This document shows, one piece after another, positions 13,843 to 25,701 of a DNA stretch of 53,920 nucleotides. The notes under the pieces are model-generated. The model was not told the origin of the DNA and did not search any database. It saw nothing but the letters and a program-made list of their open reading frames with translations. Position numbers and translations under genes: made by a program. The stretch comes from Ministeria vibrans ATCC 50519 (lineage: Eukaryota > Protista > Filasterea). Within the stretch, counting starts at the first letter, position 1, and the number at the start of each line of letters is the position of its first letter. The stretch lies in contig CALSCP010000388.1 in assembly GCA_943704425.1 (NCBI GenBank), positions 1 through 53,920 on the forward strand, written 5' to 3'.

Positions 13843-16204
13843 GCTTTGATTCTTTCCCCTCCTTTCTCTCTCTATCACTTTGATTCTTTCTTCCTCCTCT
13901 GTCTCTATCACTTTGATTCTTTCTCCCTCCTCTCTCTCTCTCTTTGTCTCGGTGCCTCAGCTGGTGGGCATCACTTGCGGTCTTTCAGCACCCTATGTCG
14001 CTGGTCAGATTGACTACCAGCTAGACCAAATGGAACACTCTGAAAATGCGTCAGTGTGTCTTATCGGTTAGACTCACACGAGCAGATAGATTGAGCAAGA
14101 GTGAGAAGGATCCAACATTATGTATTTATTATTATTAATAGGGTTTAATTTGCCTGAAATGGCACGCACCAGTGCAGTGGAAGGATGGGACAAGACGTGT
14201 CACTCTGTGTTTGCCCAGCGACTCACTCCCCTCTCACGTACGAATGACATACACACAAACAACACACATAAAATTATCCACATTACTGCAACACGCACGC
14301 TCTCACACACTCTCTCAAATAGCTAAAAATTGATCATCGTAATATTGCACTCAATCAATTCAGTACATGACTTGCACATGAGAATCTTTCTTTTCTACTC
14401 CACAACACAATACAACTCTCAACAGAACAACACAGCACTTACCCCTCTCTCAACAGAACAAAAGGACAGTCGTGCGTTTGTTGTGACGCCCATTGTGGGT
14501 CCCGAACCAATCACTGCGTCCTCCCGCATGAAAGGCGGTTCTTCCACGCTCATTCTTCTACACTCTCTTTTTGCTCCGCCTCTCCTCACTGCTCTAAACA
14601 TCTCACAGGTTCGCTAATTCACCATACACACTCCTTTTTATCTAATTTGGTGTCTCTACGACTTTTGTGTGTGTGTGTGTGTCATTCTTTTCTTAGCCTA
14701 AAGGGATTCTGACTGCTTACGACTACTTTTGTGCGTTTGAACAGACCTTTCGCGCAACCTATGAACATATTGACCAAATGGCGCAAATAATCACGGTACA
14801 AAGCACACTCACACACAAGCAACCAGACAGTGCAATGAGTGAATTCAGACTCACGCGACATTGATGTTAGTATTGCGACATGGCGTTGCGACACAATGGT
14901 CACGTTTACTCTTTTGGAAGTGCTCCTTTTGGTCTGTGGGGGTAAACATCACAATACCGAAAACTCCATTTAGTATAGGAATCGAATTCGAAATCACTCA
15001 AACATTGCACATTTCCTCTTAGAATTGTTGACTGTGCTGAGATGGTTGACACTTACGGATCCGACGCAAACACCTTCCGTTCGTTTGTCGCTGACGGATG
15101 GGCTAGTGCCGCTAACACCCATTCCGATATCAGTCACCGAAACCCGTCTCATTTTTTTCTCATGATGTTTTCTTCGTGTCTGACTCTCTCTTTCTCTGTC
15201 TCTCTTCTCTGTCTCTCTCTCTCTCTCCTTTTTATCACTTTGTTTATTTATCACTTTGTCTCTCTATCTCTCTATCTCTTTGTCTCTCTATCACTTTCTC
15301 CCTCCTCTCTCGTTTGTAGGTTATTGCGCACCTCATATGAACAATTTTTGAGTGATCTTCTCTCGCACGTGAGCCCATCAGACTCACTCTTAATGTTCGA
15401 GTCTGCCAGTGACTCTGGTTCTCTTGCTCCTCTTTTGACTGCCATTTCTGCCCTCAAATGTGCTCCAAAAGTGTCTCTCATTACGTTCAATCACTCTCAT
15501 TCTTACGATTTCCGGTAATTACAGCATCACTCTTTATAGAATGTGATTCATCCTTGTTTGAATCTAAACAGGTTTGATGTCGAACTGAATGTGACGTTAC
15601 CCCATTTTGAGCTCATTGAAAATGTCCCCATTTTCGCAGAGGTAACATTACAACACACGTATATTTTGTACCATTTCCACTCCTTTTATCATTCTCTCTC
15701 TATTTCTGACACTTTCTTGTTTGTGTATTTTGCAGTTCTCATTAAAGTTGATCACCAACGCAATTTCAACTGCGACTCAAACACTCAATGGAAAGGTGTA
15801 TCGCAATTTTATGATCAACGTTACGGTGTCCAATAACAAAGTACGCGAAATCCTAACTCACACCCGAATGAAAATGACCCCCCCCCCTCTCTCCTCCTCC
15901 TCTTTCTTTCTAGCTGTTCCATCGCTCTCTTGGACTAATCCAATCACTGGTACGTCCTGCGCCGACACTGGACGAGTGTCGCACTGCTCTTCTGCGCGCC
16001 ATCCATCGCACCGACTCTCTCACCGATCAGCAGTGCGCCATGCGCATTTCAGAGCATCTCGCCGTAGCCGAACATCGTTCGCTCGTTGTTCCCATCTCCA
16101 TCATCCTCCTCACTTCTCCGCACTCCACCGTTACCGATGCTCTCGATGCGCTCCAGCGCGAACCAGTCGTTCGCAAACTCATCAACTCAATCCTTAAACA
16201 ATAA
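13004..16204 (+). CDS. GCKR: Glucokinase regulatory protein-like (double SIS domain, MurQ superfamily), about 14 exons
   Basis: VTETANELTQELDLA..GILRLLRQADAQI, SGCGTSGR, GGDDA..LSIELPED, VGITCGLSAPYVAGQID, IGFN...AR, PIVGPEPITASSRMKGGS, LKLITNAIST...GKVYRNFMINVTVSNNKLF, ending EPVVRKLINSILKQ*. Confidence 0.85.
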
Positions 16205-16250
16205 TGAATATTCATTAAATTTCATCTTTGTCTTATTGCGTGTGACTTTG

Positions 16251-17484
16251 ATGGACCTGCTTGAAGGCGAATACGCCGCTTCTGGCCTGTCTGTGATAGA
16301 ATCTGAGTCGGCAGGGCGCTCCTATGTGGCGAGTAATGCGTTGAGCGCCGGTGAAACTATTGTCGCCGCTCGTGGCTTTCTCTTTCCGCCCTGTGACACA
16401 CCAGGCGAATCCCTGGCCCAGCTCGTCACTAACATTGCCACTGCGGCGGGTCTGAGTACCAGCGACGCGCAATTGGCGACTCTGGCGCGCAATTGTTTAC
16501 AACTGTGTCCAACGTCTACCTCGCCCTCCCCGCGCTTACGGCGGAAGTGCGACGACGCATCGGCACTGCACACCTTGAAAGAAGCGACAGGAATCGACGA
16601 GAGCCGATTACAGTCCATCTTTTTCAAGGTCTCACGCAATGCGTTTGACAACGGAGTGTTTCCGCGCGCTGCTCTCTTCAACCACTCTTGCCAGCCAAAC
16701 TGCGGAGGTCGTCCGTCTCACATGGATGACGATGGTATGCTAGGCACCCACGACATCTTCGCGCTTGCCGATATCGCCGCTGGTTCGGAATTGTTCATTT
16801 CTTACCTGACAGACGACGTACAACAAACACTTACTGCCCCCCTCCTCCCATCTCATTTTTTATTTTGACTCTATCGATTAGGACTTGTTATTACCGCGTG
16901 ACAATCGACGTGAGAAACTTGCGGATGCCTATGGGTTTGAGTGCAGATGCGAGCGATGCGAGAGCGACGGCGATGGCGTCCAAGACTCGCGCGAGACGAC
17001 TGACTCAGACGCACAATTGGTTGCGCTTCTGAGTCAGTGTAAACAGGCCGAAGTGGATCAAGGAGACACGCTAAAAGCCTACACTCTTGCCGAACGTGCG
17101 GTATCTTTTGCATCGGAGCGCCCTCAACAGGACATTCTTCGCGTGACAGCCCACACGCGACTGTTTGACACAGCCACTCAACTTCAGAGCACTCTTGCGC
17201 ACCCCACCACCCACGAACAGCGCGACGAGCATCTATTGCGTCGCGTCCTTGAGTCCCAAGTACAAGCAGGTCACACACTGTTGGCAGTGCACGAGCGGGT
17301 CTTCAAGGGCCGCGCACACGCCGCCACCGCACACCTCCTCGACACACTCGCCTACGCTCTGCGCTCTCTTGCCAACCCAGATGTCTTTAGTACCCCCTCA
17401 CCCTGCACTCTTCCCACCGCCGCACTCACTGACGCGGCCACATTCGAAGACCGTGCTCTTTCCATGCTTGAAATACTCGATTAA
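16251..17484 (+). CDS. SET-domain lysine methyltransferase (SMYD-like), 2 exons
   Basis: AGRSYVA (N-SET), FPRAALFNHSCQPNC, ELFISYL, post-SET YGFECRCERC, and a helical TPR-like C-terminus. Confidence 0.8.
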
Positions 17485-17513
17485 AAACGTGAAAAAAAGT
17501 AAACCTTCATATT

Positions 17514-18840
17514 CTATCTGTGTTGTGGGCCCCACATCAGCCCGTCTCGTCTTTTTGCAGTCTGTTTTGGTCGGTACAGCGTCGGATGAAACTCCACCTC
17601 AGAATCATCCAACATTCTCCCCTAAGCAACCAAAAAAAACAAAAAAAAAAACCCGCGTCTTAATAATAAGAGAGAAAAACAAGACAGAGAAGAGTATTAT
17701 GTGAGTACTCTGATGTTCCAGCGAACTGATTTGCGGGGGCAGTCCTGGGGTGGCGGGCGGCGTGCCCACTCTTCGCGGTACTGCTGGTACCGCTGCACGG
17801 GGTCTGACCGACGGTAGAACGGGAACACTCGCCGTTCTTCTTCTTCGTCTTCTTCGACTATTGACCGTTCTACTCATTCGGTCAACGGTGTCTCATGTGT
17901 CATGTTTGCTTCTGCTTACCTTGCGTTAATCTTCTTTTTCTTGCCTCTTCTTCGCGCTGTGTTGCATCTCGTCCGGTCGGAAGCGCGGGTGCTACAACGA
18001 AACATGGTCGGCGATAAACTCGCCTGCATTCGTCTCTACTGGTTTCATACCTTCTTCTTGTCGGCTTTGCCATTCGGGTGAGAACACAGACATGGTGGTG
18101 CGTCGTCGTTGTGACGACGAGGCAGACGATCCCCCAGACAGCGGGGGCTCGCGTGCGTGCTCGTCCTCCACCTCCTTCTGTGGTGTTATCCACCTTGGTG
18201 AAGGGGCGTAGCTTGATCGTGGGGGAACATAGCTTGGTCGCGAGGAGGGCTGTTCGGCGGGCGACACAGCGTAGCCACGTCGAGGTGCCTCCCGTGCAGA
18301 CTGCGCTGACTGCGCTGACTGCGGTCGCTCCACAGCCCACGCCTGCCGTGGCGCTGGCCCCGCTACACTCTGAACAGACCGACAATTCTCCTGGTGGCTG
18401 TACGTATCGCGGAGGGGTGATTTGGAGAGAGGCGTCTTCGTCTCGTCTGATCGCCTGTGTAAACATCACAACACCTGTCAAACTTTTTCAAACGTCTCCC
18501 CCCACACTCAACACTCCATATGTTTCGACGGGTTTCACACTCCAGTCATAAAGAACACATACACCACACAGTCTTAGGGTATAAAGCGCGCGTGATATCA
18601 CGCTAGGAGTGCTTCCATGGCAGACAGAATTCAATTCAAATTATTTGAATTTCACTGTGTCTTCTTCTGGTCGTACATCGGTGTTTGCTGGGGACTTCTG
18701 GCACTAAGACTCCGACGGAGCTCAGCCGTAGCCAACTCTTGCAGCTCTGCCGTGATGGTGGCGAGTTGCCATTCCGGCAGATCGTGTCCCAGTCGTGACA
18801 GCTCGTCGCGAACTTCCTCGACGCTAAAGTACTCCGTCAT
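17514..18840 (-). CDS. HYLS1: HYLS1-like centriole/basal-body protein, 5 exons
   Basis: N-terminal FSVEEVRDELSRLG. The spliced C-terminus RSDPVQRYQQYREEWARRPPPQDCPRKSVRWNIR...YRPKQTAKRRDGLMW matches the HYLS1 box (DxVxRYxxYKxxW...RKxLRWxVR...KRxxLxW). Confidence 0.75.
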
Positions 18841-19020
18841 GAATAAAGCCAATGCAGTATGGATGCAACAACAACAGCAAGTGGTTCTGGTCGCCTATTC
18901 TCCTGTGTGAAGAATGAAAAAAAAAATATTATTAATTTCATTTTTGATTTGAGACTTTAGTTGTTTTTACTTTTTAGTTTTTACTCATTATTATTCTGCT
19001 CTGTCAAGATATAACTCACC

Positions 19021-20647
19021 ATGTCTGGCAAAGATCGCATTCCCATCTTTCCCACGCGAATGTAAGAGGATGCTAAGGAGGACAGGGGGTTTTGCTTTGG
19101 GTGTCCCCTCATCCGCTCCATATGGACTCTTTCCACGCCTCCCGAGTCTCTCTTCTGTCTCTCTGTGTGCGTGTGGCGCTCGTCGGCGCCCCTCCCAATG
19201 ACTCTGCTGTGTTTTTTCATGAGTTGATGTCAAGTCGCTGATCTTTCTGCGCGTCCCTCCGGCTTCCCCGCGCCCTCTCTGCATCCCTCTCCTCTGTCGT
19301 GCTCTTCAAAATGAACATGCTGTCCCTGCCACATGGTTTGCTGCGCTTGTCTAATTCGATGTCATCAGAGGACATATTGACGAAAAAAAAAATTATTATT
19401 TTAATGGCTCACAGTCCATCCTGTCCTAATTTGAGTTCCATTTGCGATGTAGGGCGTTGACCACCATGAAGGCTCGTCTCAAGGGCGCGCAAAAGGGTCA
19501 TTCGCTGCTCAAGAAAAAGGTAAACGACAGACTTTTTTTTTTTTCTCTCACTGAGTCTCTCTTCTCACTCTCTCCACCTTCTTTTTCCTCTGGCCGTTGC
19601 GTCGCACTCCAGGCGGACGCCCTGCAGCTGCGCTTCCGCTCTATTCTGAGAAAGATCATTGACACCAAGGAGCTCATGGGACAGGTACGGGGTTCGACGC
19701 ACAGTCAGAGTTGTGCCGAGACACAAATCATTAATGTTATTGCGTCTCGTGTAGGTGATGAAGGACGCCTCGTTCTCGCTTGCCGAAGCCATGTTTTCTG
19801 CGGGCGATTTCAAACAGGGTGTTATTGAGCGTGTCTCTGCATCGACGGTATGAGAGAAACAAATACTCTACTGTGATTGTCGAGCTACTCATGTTATCTC
19901 TGACACGCACAGGTGAAAGTCAAGGCAGCCACCGACAACGTTGCCGGTGTCAAATTGCCCGTCTTTGAGTACTATGCCGAAGGCAACGACTCTTTTGAGT
20001 TTACAGGTCTGAGCCGTGGCGGTCAGCATATCACCAAATGCAAAGAGGTTCGAATGATGATACGCCAACCCTCCCCCCCCCCTCTCTTTCCCTCTCTCTC
20101 CCTGCCAAAAGAAGAAAAAGAACGGCGAAAAAAGCACTTATCATTGTTATTCCAGATGCACGTCAAGGCAATTCAATTGCTGATTGACCTTGCGTCATTG
20201 CAAACATCGTTCCTCACACTCGACGAGGTCATCAAGATCACCAACCGTCGTGTCAATGCCATTGAGCACGTCATCATTCCGCGAATTGGTACGCAGTCAA
20301 TCTCACTCGTAGATGTGCACCGGAGCTTATGATTGAATTGAATTGATGTACTAGAACGAACGGTTGCTTACATCAACTCGGAACTGGACGAGCGAGACAG
20401 AGAAGAGTTCTTCCGTCTGAAGAAGATCCAAAACAAGAAGAAGAAGATGAAGGTGGAGGCTGAGCTAGAGCGCCAACTCGCGGCTGAGCGACTCGCCGCA
20501 CGACGCGAGAAGCGCAGATTGGCTGCCGGTGGTGCCCCGTCCGTGCCCGCTGCTGCTACTGGAGGGAAAAACAAGAAGAAGGCGAAGAAGCAGACAGAGA
20601 CGGTGGATCTGCTGGGCGCCTCTGACGACGCAGACCTTTTGTTTTGA
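19021..20647 (+). CDS. ATP6V1D: V-type proton ATPase subunit D
   Basis: MSGKDRIPIFPTRM|ALTTMKARLKGAQKGHSLLKKK|ADAL, DNVAGVKLPVF, LASLQTSFLTLDEVIKITNRRVNAIEHVIIP, ELDERDREEFFRLKKIQ, ending DADLLF*. Confidence 0.97.
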
Positions 20648-20911
20648 AGTGAAGAAGAATAACCCCTATTGTTTGTGATGAACCAAGGCATATTAGCGAT
20701 TACCCTGAATTCTCTATCCCCACTGTCTCTATCCGCGTCCAATTAATTTCTGAACCAACAAAAAGTAATAAACACCCATTCACAATAATTATTAATAATA
20801 ATAATAATAATTATTATTATTAATTTTTTATTATTAATCATGAATCATCTAATGGATGAATCATTTAATTAATTTTTTTGGCAGTTTTCTTACTCCACAT
20901 CAAAAAATACA

Positions 20912-21295
20912 ATGTATACACGCTCGATTGTGGTTGCATTGATTGTGGCGCTTGCGTTAGTAAGACAAACTTGGGCGGCCGGCGAGTGCAGCAGCTCGCC
21001 GTGTGCCAATGGTGGAAACTGCCTCGAGCAATCGGGCGCTTTCACGTGCACATGCTCCACCGGCTTCACTGGCGTCATGTGCGAGCAGGATGTCGATGAG
21101 TGCCTGTCAATGCCGTGTGCCAATGGCGGAAGTTGCGCAGAAGCATCGTTGCCAGGCGCATTTGACTGTGCCTGTCCTGAGGGCTTCAGCGGGACCTTTT
21201 GCGAGGTTGACGTCGACGAGTGCGCTAGCAGGTACATCACCCACACCCCGACTCTCACGCACACAGTGTTTCTCAGCCCTAATCACTCACTGTCA

Positions 21296-21352
<57 letters not shown>

Positions 21353-21734
21353 CGTTCGCTCTAGTCCTTGTGCGAACGGCGCAACGTGCTCCGAGGACTC
21401 CATGGCCAACTTCTTCTCCTGCCAATGTCCTCCTGGGTTCACAGGGAGTCTCTGCGACGTCGACATGGACGAATGCCTAAGCAGGTAAGCGAGTAATCGC
21501 CGCCCACGTGCAAGGCCAAAAAAGTTTTTTTCCCCCGCCCCTCTTCTTTTGACCACCATCAAAAAAAACCCCCTCTCTCTCTTTTCTCTCTAACTCAACC
21601 CTGCGTGCTCCCATCGCGCCCCCTTTCCACCTGGATCTTTCGTCATACCCCCAGCCGCCTTGCCTCGCACATGTCCACGCTGCCATTGAGCTCGTTCTGT
21701 GTGATCACACAGCATCTTTTCATATCAGCTCTTC

Positions 21735-21779
<45 letters not shown>

Positions 21780-24700
21780 CTTTGCTCTCTCTCTCTGTGT
21801 GCCATGCGCAAACGGCGTGGGCAACCCACGGATGGTCTGAGAATGTTACTCAAGCGGTTCTTGTGTGTGTTGTCTTTCCCCGATCACTATAGCCCGTGTG
21901 CCAACGGCGGGACGTGCAGCGAAGGCTCGATGGCCAACATGTATGAGTGTGATTGTCCCGTGGGCTTCACTGGTTCGATGTGCGACGTCGACGTCGACGA
22001 GTGCGCTTCGTCGCCTTGCTCAAACGGTGCCAGCTGCACCGAGGGATCCATGCCCAACATGTACGAGTGCATGTGCGCTGCGGGTTTCACGGGCGCAGAG
22101 TGCCAGGTGGACATTGAGGAGTGTCTCTCGATGCCATGCCTCAATGGTGGCACCTGCACCGAAGGATCCATGGCCAACATGTACGAGTGTGCCTGCGCCG
22201 TTGGCTTCACCGGCGCACAGTGCGAGACTATTCAGACTGGTGGTGCTGCATGCGACTCATCACCTTGTACCAACGGCGCCACCTGTACCGGCTCGGCGTC
22301 TGCCTACGCGTGCGTGTGCTCGGCTGGTTTCACTGGCGCTCAGTGCGACGTGGACATTAACGAGTGCGACTCGTCGCCATGCTCAAACGGTGCCAGCTGC
22401 ACCGAGGGATCCATGCCCAACATGTACGAGTGCATGTGCGCTGCGGGTTTTACCGGGGCTCAGTGCCAGGTGGACATTGAGGAGTGTCTCTCGATGCCAT
22501 GCCTCAATGGTGGCACCTGCACCGAAGGATCCATGGCCAACATGTACGAGTGTGCCTGCGCCGTTGGCTTCACCGGCGCACAGTGCGAGACTATTCAGAC
22601 TGGTGGTGCTGCATGCGACTCATCACCTTGTACCAACGGCGCCACCTGTACCGGCTCGGCGTCTGCCTACGCGTGCGTGTGCTCGGCCGGCTTCACTGGC
22701 GCTCAGTGCGACGTGGACATTAACGAGTGCGACTCGTCGCCATGCTCAAACGGTGCCAGCTGCACCGAGGGATCCATGCCCAACATGTACGAGTGCATGT
22801 GCGCTGCGGGTTTCACGGGCGCTCAGTGCCAGGTGGATATTGAAGAGTGCGACTCGCTCCCTTGCCTCAACGGTGGTACCTGCACCGAGGGATCCATGCC
22901 GGGCATGTTTGAGTGTGTGTGCGACTCAAACAGCACCGGCACTCTTTGCGAGACACTTATTATCGTTGGAAACGACTGCCAGTCGTCGCCTTGCTCTAAC
23001 GGTGCCACCTGCACCGACACTGCCACCGACTACATTTGCGTGTGCTCGGCTGGTTTCACCGGCGCTCAGTGCGACGTTGACGTGAACGAGTGTGACTCGT
23101 CACCCTGCCTCAACGGCGGTACCTGCTCCGAGGGCTCCATGCCCAACATGTACGAGTGTGCGTGTGCGGCGTCATTCTCCGGTCCCTCGTGCGAAATTGA
23201 AGACGGCATCCCGTGCGCTTCGTCGCCTTGCCAAAACGCTGCCACTTGCAACGATGGTGGTGCGGGTTCCAGCTACTCCTGCACATGCGGTGCGGGTTTT
23301 ACCGGCGCCCTTTGCGACACAGTGCTTGCATGTGTTTCGACACCTTGCCAGAACGGGGGCACATGTACCGAAGGCGCCAGTGCCTTTGTGTGCACGTGCG
23401 CCACTGGCTTTACCGGCTCCACATGCGACGTCGATGTTCTTGAGTGCGCTTCGACCCCGTGCCAGAACGGTGCCACATGTGTTGACGGTGTCAATGGTTT
23501 CACTTGCACCTGCTCTACCGGCTTCACTGGCGCTTCGTGCGAGACGGCCCTGCCCAGTGACTGTTCCTCGACACCCTGTCAAAATGGCGGCACGTGCACT
23601 CCGGCCGGCGCTGCCATCACCTCTTCGGGCTACACTTGCACCTGTGGTGCTTCCTACACGGGCTCTGTCTGCGAGACGTTTATCAGCGCATGCCTGTCAA
23701 GCCCCTGTGAAAACGGCGGCTCGTGTGTCGATGCACAGTCCGTGGGCGCTTTCACGTGCCAGTGCGCCGCCGACTTTGTTGGAGACACGTGCGCCACCCA
23801 CGTTGCCGACTGTGTTTCGTCGCCCTGTCAGAATGCCGGCACTTGCGTGCCCGCCAGCAACGGCCTCTCGTACTCGTGTACTTGTGCCGCGCAGTACACT
23901 GGCGAGTTCTGCGAGACATTCATCTCGCCCTGTCTCTCGGCTCCCTGCCTCAACGGCGGCACCTGCACCGTCTCCACCACCAATTACGTGTGTACCTGTC
24001 CCAATGGATTTGCCGGAGCACAGTGTGAGACACTCTGCGCCGGTCGCGAGGTGGTTGTTGCCGGCTCGCCCAACAGCGTGTGCCAGGCGTGCAGTGACGA
24101 CAGTGTTCCCAACGCCGACCGCACTCAGTGTGTCGTGTGCACCTCGCGCAACCTTCTTGCGGACGTGGCGACCACGCAGGGTATTGCCTGCATTGTGCCC
24201 TTTACATCGGTCATCTCCGAGAACAACGTGGCCCGCACCCTCGTCTCAAATGGTGTCACCCAGTTGGGTTTTACCTCGCCCGACACGGCCACAGTGCTGC
24301 CGGGCAACGCCGAGTACCCATCGACCGTGTCATTTACGGGTTCAACACCGGCAAACATTGCTGCGACCGTTTTGGTGACGCCTGCCAATGGAAACACCAT
24401 TGTAAATGTGGACGGGATAACGACACTCGCGACAGGCGCCGGTAGCTTTACGACAGGCATTGGCTGCATCGAGGATGGGACGGGCGGCGTGAGACTTTCG
24501 TACGAGTACAGCGACCAAACAGGCGACATATCTCTGTTTCCCATCGTTGCGTACATTCGTGCGTCCTGCTCGGTCCTCGCTGGTGGCACAACGGCAATAG
24601 CTGCGGGTCAGGCAGGCACCCTCACCGAGACGGCACCGGGCGGTGCTGGCGCGGCCTCGGTCGACGTACCAGTAGGCGCTTCGGCAACAGACTTCACCTT

Positions 24701-25436
24701 GGGCGTGACACTGTTGACGGCCAGTGTGGGCGGCACGGCCACCATTAACGCCGGAGATGTGAGCAACCCTAACAATGTCAATGCGAATGTCGACTCGCTT
24801 GTGAGCCAAGGCGTCGCAGTCGTGCTCACACCTCACGGCAAGACCTTCCAGCGTGAGGTGTGTGTGACCATTACGCTCCCGACCGGATTCACCTTGCCAG
24901 TGGGCGACCAAATGTATGTGTTGAAGAAGGCGACTCAGTTTGCGACAACGTTTGAACTTTTGCCGGCGGTGTACAATGCGGCGGCAAACACGGCGAGAAC
25001 GTGCATGACAAGCTTCTCGGTGGCAACTGCGGCGACGGGCACGGCGACAGTGGGCGCTAGCGACTCGGGGTTGAGCGGTGGACAGGTGGCGGGCATTGTC
25101 ATTGGTGTGCTCATTGTAGTGTTTATTCTGTTGGCGCTGCTTGCCATGCGCAAGCGCGATCAGAAGGGATCGATGGATGTGTATCATCGCCAGGGCCAGA
25201 CCGCTGAAGATACCTCCAAGTTGAACAAGCTGTTTACGGGTGCCGGAGAGCGCACCAGTCTGGTGAGGCCCGACCAGCAGGCTGAAATTGAGATGGCGCT
25301 GCTGCAAGAGGACGTCATGGAGTCGGAGATGCTGACCCCAGTCAGGATGGATGCCACCGACGACAACCTGCAGCCGACGAACAACTCTGGCGCCGTCTGG
25401 CAGTTGCCCATGAATCACGGATCTTCCGAAGTGTAA
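20912..25436 (+). CDS. Type I membrane protein: signal peptide, about 21 EGF repeats, Cys-rich module, ZU5-like domain, TM helix, PDZ-binding tail
   Basis: [22 protein letters not shown], repeated CxSxPCxNGxxC...CxxGFTGxxC, [23 protein letters not shown] followed by RKR, C-terminal SSEV*. Exons ~20912-21230, ~21365-21483 and ~21893-25436. Confidence 0.88.
22011..22850 (+). repeat. Near-identical 363-bp tandem duplication (three EGF repeats per unit, about 2.3 copies)
   Basis: The same sequence recurs at 22011, 22374 and 22737. Off-frame ORFs at 22121 and 22484 are almost identical. Confidence 0.9.
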
Positions 25437-25701
25437 CGACTGAGAGAGAGAGACTCACACAAATAGATATAGAGAGAATACGGAGGCAGAGAGAGAGAGA
25501 GAGTTAAGTGTGATCTGTTAAAGAGTGGGGTGGGATAAACTATATTTTCCTTTGTTTTTGCACAATTTCAATCAGCGACTAAAAATTAAAACTTTATTTA
25601 CTTTAATATTTTTTTCGAGAATTGATTCCGGTAGAGGATTGGCCCGAAGGGGATCCGAATTGTGTGTGTGTGTGTAGGCCCACGGTTGCACTGCCTATCG
25701 C

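Noticed and set aside
19062-19452. Possible snoRNA in the long first intron of ATP6V1D (TGTCC...GGACA stem, CTGA)
   Set aside because: No convincing C/D or H/ACA box set; an Infernal or snoscan run would be needed.
20912-25436. Calling the EGF receptor Notch, Delta or Crumbs
   Set aside because: It lacks LNR/ankyrin, DSL, laminin-G and the ERLI tail.
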